Virus record (IMG/VR): IMGVR_UViG_2695420747_000007
Location: 1-13,233 of that record
Source of the DNA: a virus
Taxonomy: Duplodnaviria > Heunggongvirae > Uroviricota > Caudoviricetes
Strand: one strand, 5' to 3'
Length of the DNA: 13,233 bases
This document shows, piece by piece, positions 1-7,167 of the stretch; position 1 is the first letter of the stretch, and each line of letters begins with the position of its first letter. The translations under genes and the position numbers were made by a program. The notes beneath the pieces were generated by a model. It ran no database searches, was not told where the DNA came from, and saw only the letters and a program-made list of their open reading frames with translations.

Positions 1-115
1 CCCGCCACCAGCACACCGTCAGCCAGCACTGACATTATCCGGCTGCTGCAATGCCATTCACAAAAACAGTAAGCAATCACTTTTTACCGTAACAGGTGAT
101 AATCCAGATATGTAT

Positions 116-469
116 CTACCCCAGATGAGTAATCCGAAGTTCATCCATACCACAGGTCCTGGCTATTCTGTTGTACTCCTGAACAAGAGCAAATAATTCT
201 GAATTAGCCACCATGAACTCATCGCAAACCCTCTGTATAGCATCACTATTCAGAATAATAACGTCTCTTCCCGAAAGACGATCAGGAGTACAGAACAAAA
301 CTGTCAAACGGCTGAAGGCCTTTGCTCGTTCTGCATTGACTATATCAATACGCTGCCTAAGGATGAAACACCCCGACGCCTCATCAATATTCACTCTACC
401 CACACCATATGAATGATAAATATTTAATGCTGAAAAAACCATTAGACGGTATAACAAACACTCAATCAA
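116..469 (-). CDS. Hypothetical AT-rich cargo protein (117 aa, copy 1), downstream of the phage tRNAs in the late-transcript direction
   Basis: Open frame in the six-frame track; co-oriented with Q/pR'. Track start at 469 is TTG; first in-frame ATG is at 442; no convincing SD at either. Stop TAG at 116-118. No family recognised. Confidence 0.35.
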   Translation of the reverse strand: MIECLLYRLMVFSALNIYHSYGVGRVNIDEASGCFILRQRIDIVNAERAKAFSRLTVLFCTPDRLSGRDVIILNSDAIQRVCDEFMVANSELFALVQEYNRIARTCGMDELRITHLG

Positions 470-579
470 TACTTAACAGAACTTTTATTTTTGACAAACA
501 TATAATATTTTCAACAAGATCCTGAGCCAGGTATATTTCAGTATAAGGCTCTGCCGGAAGGAATCTGGAAGAATGAATA

Positions 580-656
580 TGGCGCGCTGTACTGGATTCG
601 AACCAGTGACCGATTGCTTAGAAGGCAATTGCTCTGTCCGGCTGAGCTAACAACGC
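580..656 (-). tRNA. tRNA-Arg (anticodon UCU), copy 1
   Basis: Reverse complement folds as a cloverleaf: acceptor GCGTTGT/ACAGCGC, D-stem GCTC/GAGC, anticodon stem ATTGC/GCAAT with loop CTTCTAA, T-stem ACTGG/CCAGT with loop TTCGAAT, encoded CCA. Resembles the argU/argO class from memory. Confidence 0.9.
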
Positions 657-690
657 TGAATACCGATAATGGACCGCCATCGGGGACCCG

Positions 691-706
691 CCCCCCCCCC
701 CCCCCC
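691..706. repeat. C16 homopolymer between the two tRNA genes (C5 in the second copy at about 2350-2354)
   Basis: Read directly: 16 consecutive C here versus 5 at the equivalent position of copy 2. Confidence 0.9.
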
Positions 707-767
707 GCACCAACAACCCTGTTATCGTGTCGTCTGCTCTTCCTGATAAGCTCATGGCGGTTTGTGA

Positions 768-843
768 TGGTGGCCCTTGCTGGATTTGAACCAGCGACCT
801 GGCGATTATGAGTCGCTCGCTCTCACCACTGAGCTAAAGGACC
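768..843 (-). tRNA. tRNA-Ile2 (anticodon CAU, ileX/ileZ-like), copy 1
   Basis: Reverse complement GGTCCTTTAGCTCAGTGGTGAGAGCGAGCGACTCATAATCGCCAGGTCGCTGGTTCAAATCCAGCAAGGGCCACCA: anticodon loop CTCATAA, T-loop TTCAAAT, encoded CCA. Near-identical to my recollection of E. coli ileX; CAU could formally also be Met. Confidence 0.85.
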
Positions 844-882
844 GGGAGCAGAATAATAACGGTCCGTAATTAATTCCGCAAT

Positions 883-904
883 AAAAAACCCGCTCGGTGG
901 CGGG
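883..904 (-). terminator. tR'-like intrinsic terminator, copy 1
   Basis: On the minus strand a GC hairpin (CCCGC-loop-GCGGG, plus 889-904) is followed by a T6 run (plus 883-888), placed after the pR'-like promoter. Confidence 0.65.
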
Positions 905-953
905 TTGTAGAAACTCTTCTAACGTCAGGTATAAAAAGCCCATCGTTATGACG

Positions 954-981
954 AATTTACCACAGATTCCGGAAAAATCAA
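954..981 (-). promoter_or_regulatory. Late promoter pR' with qut/pause region, copy 1
   Basis: Minus strand TTGATT-16-TAAATT followed by CGTCATAACGATGGGC. The TAAATT...AACGATGGG arrangement matches the lambda pR'/pause element as I recall it. Confidence 0.6.
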
Positions 982-986
982 CCTTG

Positions 987-1756
987 TTACCTAGTTACCT
1001 TTTTTAACTGCCGCTCAGCCCATGCTTCTTCAATATCAAACCGGGTCACCAGCGCATCATAGAATTTCTTAACTGTTTTTTCCCATGACGCGCGTGTTAT
1101 CTGGTTTGTCACCTCGCATATAGCATTAAATGCCTCCGTTGATGGTAGTCTTTCATAGCCACGACCACCACAACGCTGGCAGTCTCTGATAACAGGCATA
1201 CCACGTTTTACCGACTCTTCACGGTGAATGGCGACACCACGCCCACGGCAATCCTTACAGACGGTGGAAACCTCACCCTTTCCGCCACACTCCGGACAGG
1301 CAACTTTTACCACCTCCCTGACTTTTTTCCATTCTTCCCAGTAAGACGGATACACACCTTTCGTACACTTTGCCCATACCGGCGGCTTACCATCCGGATA
1401 CTGGACCTTGTTTGTAAAAACTACGCTTTCAATAAATTTTTCCCCATAGCAACAAGGGCACTGCTTTTTACTCGCTGCGCTGCGGGCATAATCCTCAAAA
1501 GCGTACGAAGCCATAATGCGCATCACTACCGGTTTTATTTCTGCCGGAAGTTTTCTCAACGCCGCCACACGATCGCACCGACTGAGTGCATAATCTGCCA
1601 GTAATTCTGTTGCCCGCGCCCTGTCATTCATACTGATGCCCATCTTCCCCAGGAACGCAGAAAACCCCATCTCAGCCCGATTCTGTGTCATGCCCTGCGC
1701 GGCCATCACATCAGTGATACTCAGCGCATCTTTTGACGTTGAGGCCGATGCATCGG
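987..1756 (-). CDS. Q-like late antiterminator, copy 1, 5'-truncated by the N gap
   Basis: Paralogous to the 273-aa ORF at 4175-4996. Multiple CxxC zinc-ribbon motifs (CPCC, CPEC, CKDC, CQRC); sits directly upstream of pR'. The frame runs open from 1709 up to the N run at 1757. Confidence 0.7.
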
Positions 1757-1763
1757 NNNNNNN
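1757..1763. other. Assembly gap (7 N)
   Basis: NNNNNNN in the sequence; flanks match mid-Q on one side and the ORF117 downstream flank on the other. Confidence 0.95.
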
Positions 1764-1784
1764 GGTGATAATCCAGATATGTAT

Positions 1785-2141
1785 CTACCCCAGATGAGTA
1801 ATCCGAAGTTCATCCATACCACAGGTCCTGGCTATTCTGTTGTACTCCTGAACAAGAGCAAATAATTCTGAATTAGCCACCATGAACTCATCGCAAACCC
1901 TCTGTATAGCATCACTATTCAGAATAATAACGTCTCTTCCCGAAAGACGATCAGGAGTACAGAACAAAACTGTCAAACGGCTGAAGGCCTTTGCTCGTTC
2001 TGCATTGACTATATCAATACGCTGCCTAAGGATGAAACACCCCGACGCCTCATCAATATTCACTCTACCCACACCATATGAATGATAAATATTTAATGCT
2101 GAAAAAACCATTAGACCGTATAACAAACACTCAATCAACAC
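1785..2141 (-). CDS. Hypothetical AT-rich cargo protein (copy 2 of the 117-aa ORF)
   Basis: Near-identical to 116-469 (one R/G difference near the N-terminus). Track start at 2141 is GTG. Confidence 0.35.
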   Translation of the reverse strand: MLIECLLYGLMVFSALNIYHSYGVGRVNIDEASGCFILRQRIDIVNAERAKAFSRLTVLFCTPDRLSGRDVIILNSDAIQRVCDEFMVANSELFALVQEYNRIARTCGMDELRITHLG

Positions 2142-2248
2142 TTAACAGAACTTTTATTTTTGACAAACATATAATATTTTCAACAATATCCTGAGCCAGG
2201 TATATTTCAGTATAAGGCTCTGCCGAAAGGAATCTGGAAGAATGAATA

Positions 2249-2325
2249 TGGCGCGCTGTACTGGATTCGAACCAGTGACCGATTGCTTAGAAGGCAATTG
2301 CTCTGTCCGGCTGAGCTAACAACGC
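2249..2325 (-). tRNA. tRNA-Arg (anticodon UCU), copy 2
   Basis: Identical sequence to the tRNA at 580-656. Confidence 0.9.
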
Positions 2326-2425
2326 TGAATACCGATAATGGACCGCCATCGGGGACCCGCCCCCGCACCAACAACCCTGTTATCGTGTCGTCTGCTCTTC
2401 CTGATAAGCTAATGGCGGTTTGTGA

Positions 2426-2501
2426 TGATGGCCCTTGCTGGATTTGAACCAGCGACCTGGCGATTATGAGTCGCTCGCTCTCACCACTGAGCTAAAGGGC
2501 C
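2426..2501 (-). tRNA. tRNA-Ile2 (anticodon CAU), copy 2, variant 3' end
   Basis: Same cloverleaf as 768-843 but the 3' terminus is encoded as TCA instead of CCA (plus tga at 2426-2428) and acceptor position 3 is C instead of T, turning a G-U pair into G-C. Confidence 0.8.
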
Positions 2502-2550
2502 GGAAGCAGAATAATAATGGTGCGTAATTAATTCTGCAATCTCATCCGTT

Positions 2551-3600
2551 TCAAACGATTAAATCCTGAACTTCCCTGACTGTCTGCTCAAAACGTCCGG
2601 TCTCCAGTTCAACGCCAATCGCACGACGCCCGAGCGCCAGTGCAGCTTTTACCGTTGAACCTGAGCCCATAAAAAAATCTGCAACCAGGTCACCCGGACG
2701 ACTGCTTGCGCTGATTATCTGCTGCAGCATTTCTGCCGGTTTTTCGCACGGATGTTTCCCGGGATAGAACTGCACCGGTTTATGTGTCCACACATCCGTG
2801 TACGGCACCTGCGCCGTCACACCAAAATACCGCCGCAGATGCTTATATTCACTCTGCAGCTCCACATACTGCCGGTTCAGTGACGTATACGTATCCACCA
2901 GCTGGTGGTGGGGCTTTTCCAGTTCACCGCGCTGATGTTTCTCTTCTGCCACCCGGGCAAACAGCGACTGTAATTTCAGATAATCGCTTTCGTTCGGTAG
3001 CTGCCACTGACTGGCACTGAACCAGTGCGACACCATGTTTTTCTTTCCTGTGGCATCTGCAATCTGTTTTGCCGTTATCCCCAGGGCCACGCGCGCATCA
3101 CGAAAGTAAGAAATCAGCGGGGCCATCACATGCTGTTTCAGTGCACTGCCCTTCGCCGCATACCCGGCATCTTTCGGACGATACGGCCCCTGATAATGTT
3201 CCGCGAACAGAATGCGCTCTGTGGCGGGGAAATACGCCCGCAGGCTTTCCTTGTTGCATCCGTTCCAGCGTCCGGACGGCTTCGCCCAGATAATATGGTT
3301 CAGCACACTGAAGCGTTCACGCATCATGATTTCGATATCAGATGCCAGGCGATGACCACAGAACAGGTAAAGACTTCCGACAGGTTTCAGCACCCGCCAG
3401 AACTGCGCCAGACACTGGTCCAGCCACTTCAGGTAATCATCGTCGCCCTTCCACTGGTTATCCCAGCCCTCAGGCTTCACTTTAAAGTACGGCGGGTCCG
3501 TGACTATCAAGTCAACAGAATTTTCGGGTAACGACCGGATAAATTCCAGGCAGTCGACGTTGATTAACTCACAACTGGATATTTTTACAGTGTTAAGCAT
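2551..3600 (-). CDS. Orphan DNA methyltransferase, beta-class (N6-adenine or N4-cytosine), 349 aa
   Basis: N-terminal motif IV DPPY (IVTDPPYF) precedes C-terminal motif I FxGxG (DFFMGSGST), the beta-class permutation. ATG at 3600 with weak SD. No adjacent endonuclease gene. Confidence 0.85.
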   Translation of the reverse strand: MLNTVKISSCELINVDCLEFIRSLPENSVDLIVTDPPYFKVKPEGWDNQWKGDDDYLKWLDQCLAQFWRVLKPVGSLYLFCGHRLASDIEIMMRERFSVLNHIIWAKPSGRWNGCNKESLRAYFPATERILFAEHYQGPYRPKDAGYAAKGSALKQHVMAPLISYFRDARVALGITAKQIADATGKKNMVSHWFSASQWQLPNESDYLKLQSLFARVAEEKHQRGELEKPHHQLVDTYTSLNRQYVELQSEYKHLRRYFGVTAQVPYTDVWTHKPVQFYPGKHPCEKPAEMLQQIISASSRPGDLVADFFMGSGSTVKAALALGRRAIGVELETGRFEQTVREVQDLIV

Positions 3601-3692
3601 GGATCATTAAGCCTGTCTCTGATAGGCTCATTCTGCTTTTGCGCAAAGCAGTGGGCCTGAGGTTTGCTTGTGAACCCAACGCATGAGCAGAT

Positions 3693-3723
3693 GGCTGGTG
3701 GGTGCCCCTAACACCCACCAGCC
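3693..3723. promoter_or_regulatory. Perfect 12-bp inverted repeat (GGCTGGTGGGTG-N7-CACCCACCAGCC) in the methyltransferase 5' region
   Basis: Read directly; arms are exact reverse complements and no T-tract follows on either strand, so it is not an intrinsic terminator. A second near-palindrome CTGCTTTTGCGCAAAGCAG lies at about 3632-3650. Confidence 0.4.
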
Positions 3724-3740
3724 GCCCATTTACCACAAAT

Positions 3741-3763
3741 AAAAAAGCCTTCACTGCGGAAGG
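3741..3763 (-). terminator. Intrinsic terminator after the small wHTH ORF
   Basis: Minus-strand hairpin GCCTTC-loop-GAAGGC (plus 3747-3763) followed by T6 (plus 3741-3746); overlaps the stop codon of the upstream ORF. Confidence 0.5.
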
Positions 3764-3948
3764 CGTCTGTAACAACCGAACTGATAGTCTGCCAGACCCG
3801 CCATAACCAGCTGGGTCAGTATTAACTGGCAGCGTTCGCGTGAAAGGTAAGTATTCTGCGCTATCTCCCCGACTGTCGCCGGTTCGGTAACGCTTAATTC
3901 ATTAAACACCACTCTGGCGGTTTCTGTCATATCCTGCTGTTTTAGCAT
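3751..3948 (-). CDS. Small putative winged-helix protein (65 aa)
   Basis: ATG at 3948 with SD-like AAGGGA 7 nt upstream; the track's longer ORF extends this upstream. Sequence MLKQQDMTETARVVFNELSVTEPATVGEIAQNTYLSRERCQLILTQLVMAGLADYQ looks like a small wHTH/FeoC-like fold. Inference only. Confidence 0.5.
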   Translation of the reverse strand: MLKQQDMTETARVVFNELSVTEPATVGEIAQNTYLSRERCQLILTQLVMAGLADYQFGCYRRLPQ

Positions 3949-4070
3949 GTCTTTTTCCCTTTTCCGGTTAACGTGACACACCAATAACTCTTGTCGAAAA
4001 AGCCAGCAAGCTGAAAGACAGGTATTCACCGCCACCAGCGCGTTTACTGTACTGACGCGATTTCAGTCAT

Positions 4071-4092
4071 AAAAAACCCGCCAGGTGGCGGG
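4071..4092 (-). terminator. tR'-like intrinsic terminator, copy 2
   Basis: Minus-strand hairpin CCCGCC-ACCT-GGCGGG (plus 4077-4092) followed by T6 (plus 4071-4076). Confidence 0.7.
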
Positions 4093-4141
4093 GTGTAAAA
4101 AATCTTCTAACGTCAGGCATAAAACGCCCATCGTTAGAGCA

Positions 4142-4169
4142 AATTTACCACAGATTCGGGAAAAATCAA
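4142..4169 (-). promoter_or_regulatory. Late promoter pR' with qut/pause region, copy 2
   Basis: Minus strand TTGATT (plus 4164-4169), 16-nt spacer, TAAATT (plus 4142-4147), then TGCTCTAACGATGGGCG; lies just downstream of the Q stop codon. Confidence 0.65.
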
Positions 4170-4174
4170 CAACA

Positions 4175-4996
4175 CTATCGCGTTACCCTCTTTAACTGCC
4201 GCTCCGCCCATGCCTCTTCAATGTCAAACCGAACCACCAACGTATCGTAAAAGCGTTTCACTGATTTTTTCCACGTATCAAGCGTGATAGCACTCGTCAC
4301 TTTGCATATGGCATTAAATGCCTCCGTTGATGGCAGCCTTTCACAGCCACGACCACCACAACGCTGGCAATCTCTGATAACAGGCATACCACGTTTTACC
4401 GACTCTTCACGATGAATGGCGACACCACGCCCACGGCAATCCTTACAGGCGGTGGAAACCTCACCCTTTCCGCCACACTCCGGACAGGCAACTTTTACCA
4501 CCTCCCTGACTTTTTTCCATTCTTCCCAGTAAGACGGATACACGCCTTTTGTGCACTTTGCCCACACTGGTGGCTTACCATCCGGATACTGGATCTTGTT
4601 TGTAAAAACCTCGCTTTCAATAAATTTTTTTCCGTGACAGCAGGGGCACTGTTTTTTGCTCGCCGCGCTACGGGCATAATCTTCAAACGCATACGAAGCC
4701 ATAATGCGCATCACTACCGGTTTTATTTCTGCCGGAAGTTTTCTCAACGCCGCCACACGATCGCACCGACTGAGTGCATAATCTGCCAGTAATTCTGTTG
4801 CCCGCGCCCTGTCATTCATACTGATGCCCATCTTCCCCAGGAACGCAGAAAACCCCATCTCAGCCCGATTCTGTGTCATGCCCTGCGCGGCCATCACATC
4901 AGTGATACTCAGCGCATCTTTTGACGTTGAGGCCGATGCATCGGTCAGGCCAGGGGATTTTGGGGAGTAGTATTTCGGTAAATCTTCCAGTTTCAT
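4175..4996 (-). CDS. Q-like late antiterminator (273 aa), zinc-ribbon type
   Basis: ATG at 4996 overlaps the rusA stop (ATGA). Four CxxC pairs. Position immediately upstream of the lambda-like pR'. Resembles the QuuQ/YdfT class from memory. Confidence 0.8.
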   Translation of the reverse strand: MKLEDLPKYYSPKSPGLTDASASTSKDALSITDVMAAQGMTQNRAEMGFSAFLGKMGISMNDRARATELLADYALSRCDRVAALRKLPAEIKPVVMRIMASYAFEDYARSAASKKQCPCCHGKKFIESEVFTNKIQYPDGKPPVWAKCTKGVYPSYWEEWKKVREVVKVACPECGGKGEVSTACKDCRGRGVAIHREESVKRGMPVIRDCQRCGGRGCERLPSTEAFNAICKVTSAITLDTWKKSVKRFYDTLVVRFDIEEAWAERQLKRVTR

Positions 4997-5367
4997 TTTT
5001 TGACCTGCTCTTCATGCATTATGGGGTAAATCTTCACCCCCATACGTCCACCAGATACTGGCTGACCACGAACGATATTGATTTCATCAAACTGCTCATC
5101 GTCCATTAACACTCCCGCATGCGTCAGCGCATCCAGCGGTGCTTTCAGGATATTGTCCAGGTCGCGACGACGCTTATCCGGTGGCTCTGCAATCACCTTT
5201 ATCGCCAGCCTTCCGGACAGGCTTAATTTCAGCCGCTGCTGGCGAACAATAAGCGCCACAGCACGGCGATAACGCTTTCCCTCCTCCGAGATAAAATATG
5301 TGCTGCCACGGCGTCGCCAGTAAGTGTTCACCGTCGGCGGGTAAGGTAAAACCAAATCTATGAGCAT
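4993..5367 (-). CDS. rusA: Holliday-junction resolvase RusA
   Basis: 124 aa; conserved RusA-like segment PPDKRRRDLDNILKAPLDALTHAGVLMDDEQ; ATG at 5367 with SD AGAGGTGA. Confidence 0.9.
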   Translation of the reverse strand: MLIDLVLPYPPTVNTYWRRRGSTYFISEEGKRYRRAVALIVRQQRLKLSLSGRLAIKVIAEPPDKRRRDLDNILKAPLDALTHAGVLMDDEQFDEINIVRGQPVSGGRMGVKIYPIMHEEQVKK

Positions 5368-5379
5368 CAGTCACCTCTT

Positions 5380-6429
5380 TTACCCAAGCACGCCAGTTGC
5401 AAAGGCGTGATCAAGAAAACGAAAAATTAAATCAACCTGAGAACCATGCTTTTCTTCGAACGCCAGCGGATCCGCATGAAGCTCGTTGTGATGCTCCCGA
5501 CACAGCGGTAGCGTGAAAATATCGTGAGATTTTGTCCCCATTCCGCCCTGACCATGACCAATCAGGTGATGGGGATCGTCGGCTGGCTTACCACAACACG
5601 CACACGGCTGTGTCTTCACCCAGCGTGTGTATTTCTCGTTAACCCAGCGGCGACGTTTAGGTCGTTTCATGAAAGATTCCGGAGACTCAGGATCAACGGC
5701 AATGCTGACCACCGTCTTTTCCTGTGGTGGGTTCTGTTGCTGGTGGGCGTGAGGCAGCGGCGCAAGATTTTTTGTGCGCTGTTTCAGTATGCTGGTGGCG
5801 GTCTGCTCTCCCGGTACGATGTCGCTTTCACGGTACATTGAGCGGATTTTTTCCGCACGCAACCCCAGCGAACGACGTAATACCGCTTCCGGTAGCGCGT
5901 CCGCCAGCTGATTGCGGACCGCCCACCAGGATAATTCAGCCAGAGATAATTCACGCTCCTGCGTACCGCTTATTGCGTGACCGATGACGTCAATCATCCA
6001 TGCTGACAGGTTTTGATGAGCAAGTTGCTCGAGTGATTCGGATGTCTGGTCACGCAGCTGGTTGTCGCAGTGCCAGCACAACACCATTGCGCCGGTACCA
6101 TATCGGTGAATAACGGTTTCGCTGTGATGATAATCGCCGTGTGGCCACTGGCAGGATTTAATATGGCGCAACAGCCAGTCAGACAATGCACCAGCACCAC
6201 CAGCAGCACGAATTACCCGTGCGTTACTGAAAAACGGCAGCAATGTTTTGTCTTCCACCAGCGGCTGGCGAACGGCAGGAACGACCCCGGACGGCATATT
6301 ACGCATGCTTTTCGGTTCCGGCTCCACCAGTACCCGGGTATTGTGGAATACCGGCATGGATTCACGGCCCGGCTTAACGACCACCAGCCCGAGTTCCGGT
6401 ACCAGAACAGGTCGAAGTAATACCCGCAC
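5380..6429 (-). CDS. YdfU-like DUF968 protein with C-terminal Cys/His (HNH-like) motif
   Basis: 349 aa; GTG start at 6429 with GGAGG 4 nt upstream; C-terminal CACCGKPADDPHHLIGHG...CREHHNELH; adjacent to Q as ydfU is to quuQ in the Qin prophage (recalled synteny). Confidence 0.7.
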   Translation of the reverse strand: MRVLLRPVLVPELGLVVVKPGRESMPVFHNTRVLVEPEPKSMRNMPSGVVPAVRQPLVEDKTLLPFFSNARVIRAAGGAGALSDWLLRHIKSCQWPHGDYHHSETVIHRYGTGAMVLCWHCDNQLRDQTSESLEQLAHQNLSAWMIDVIGHAISGTQERELSLAELSWWAVRNQLADALPEAVLRRSLGLRAEKIRSMYRESDIVPGEQTATSILKQRTKNLAPLPHAHQQQNPPQEKTVVSIAVDPESPESFMKRPKRRRWVNEKYTRWVKTQPCACCGKPADDPHHLIGHGQGGMGTKSHDIFTLPLCREHHNELHADPLAFEEKHGSQVDLIFRFLDHAFATGVLG

Positions 6430-6430
6430 G

Positions 6431-6709
6431 TTACCTCCAGATGCGTTGCTGGAATGTACGGGACGGACGCGGTGGGCGTTCGGAGTAAGGCAATCTGACT
6501 GAGATTATCCAGTGACGGTAGTCGAGGCTAAGGGCTTTTTTAACCTCGTATCCGCGCCTGCGGTAACACTGAATTATCCATTCAGCCTGCTCTTCAGTGC
6601 ATGGTGGATGCTGGAACCAGTCCGATTTGAATGCATGAAAACGCCGTCCGCACCTGCTGGCAAAGACGGCAGAATCATCAGAATTGTGTAATTTGGTATC
6701 GTGCGCCAT
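6431..6709 (-). CDS. Hypothetical nin-region protein (92 aa from the ATG at 6709; the track ORF extends to a TTG at 6820)
   Basis: Open frame whose stop (TAA 6431-6433) sits 1 nt before the GTG of the downstream gene. Start uncertain, no clear SD. Occupies the position of rem in Qin but identity is not established. Confidence 0.4.
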   Translation of the reverse strand: MAHDTKLHNSDDSAVFASRCGRRFHAFKSDWFQHPPCTEEQAEWIIQCYRRRGYEVKKALSLDYRHWIISVRLPYSERPPRPSRTFQQRIWR

Positions 6710-7070
6710 CGGTTGTCTCTGCTGGCGCAGCAGGTGCCAGTTGTTCAGGCTGGCGTATAAAGTATAAATAAACTGGTTCCAGTGTAAAGCCCCTACATTA
6801 ATGGAATAAAAGTCAAACAACAGATTGTTGGGATAAACACAACGCTTATTATTAAAAGCGATTAGATAAATTAAATTTTAATGTTATGCAATTTTACCAG
6901 ATCACCATAACATCTCGTTTGAAACCACCGAAACAACAACCATATCAATATTGATTATGTTAAAGTGAGTAAATATGGAAAACAACAAATCTGCACATTA
7001 CGCTCCTTTTTTATCTGTGATACTTTTTGTTTTATGCTGTGTGTGGGCATTATTTTTATAAAAATATTTA

Positions 7071-7097
7071 CAGATAAAATAAACCCGCCGAAGCGGG
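7071..7097 (-). terminator. hok mRNA 3' terminator / fold-back region
   Basis: Minus-strand hairpin CCCGC-TTCG-GCGGG (plus 7084-7097) followed by a T-rich run. The 3' segment CCTCAACGCACCC (plus about 7105-7117) is complementary to the predicted hok mRNA 5' end GGGTGCTTGAGG. Confidence 0.55.
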
Positions 7098-7167
7098 TTA
7101 AGCGCGGGTGCGTTGAGGATGCCTGACACATCAGAGGCGGCGAGGGATTTCTCCCTCGCCAAGTCTC

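Noticed and set aside
1-35. Possible 5' end of a minus-strand gene leaving the window (MSVLADGVLVA…)
   Set aside because: Only 11 codons visible, weak SD, no recognisable holin or other identity; too little to call.
213-416. Plus-strand 67-aa ORF overlapping the 117-aa minus ORF (and its copy at 1882-2085)
   Set aside because: Antisense to the late-transcript direction, no SD, low-complexity product; kept only as an alternative reading in the ORF117 finding.
1-600. Shiga toxin genes at the post-tRNA locus
   Set aside because: No frame here resembles StxA/StxB; the locus holds an unrelated small ORF.
657-767. Possible third tRNA (argN-like) between tRNA-Ile2 and tRNA-Arg, as in 933W-type phages
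   Set aside because: I could not find a T-loop (GGTTCGAATCC-like), D-arm or acceptor pairing in either copy of the spacer.
1224-1604. Plus-strand 126-aa ORFs inside the Q genes (also 4412-4792)
   Set aside because: Antisense shadow frames of a well-supported Cys-rich Q coding sequence.
2784-3531. Plus-strand ORFs (78, 168 and 74 aa) inside the methyltransferase gene
   Set aside because: Antisense shadows; the minus frame carries the DPPY and FxGxG motifs.
3593-3775. 60-aa minus ORF between the wHTH gene and the methyltransferase
   Set aside because: TTG start, runs through the terminator hairpin and the 12-bp palindrome, low-complexity product.
5174-6209. Overlapping minus/plus ORFs (5174-5374, 5524-5841, 5724-5987, 5994-6209, 6070-6420, 6248-6502) within rusA and the YdfU-like gene
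   Set aside because: Alternative-frame shadows inside genes with good starts and recognisable motifs.
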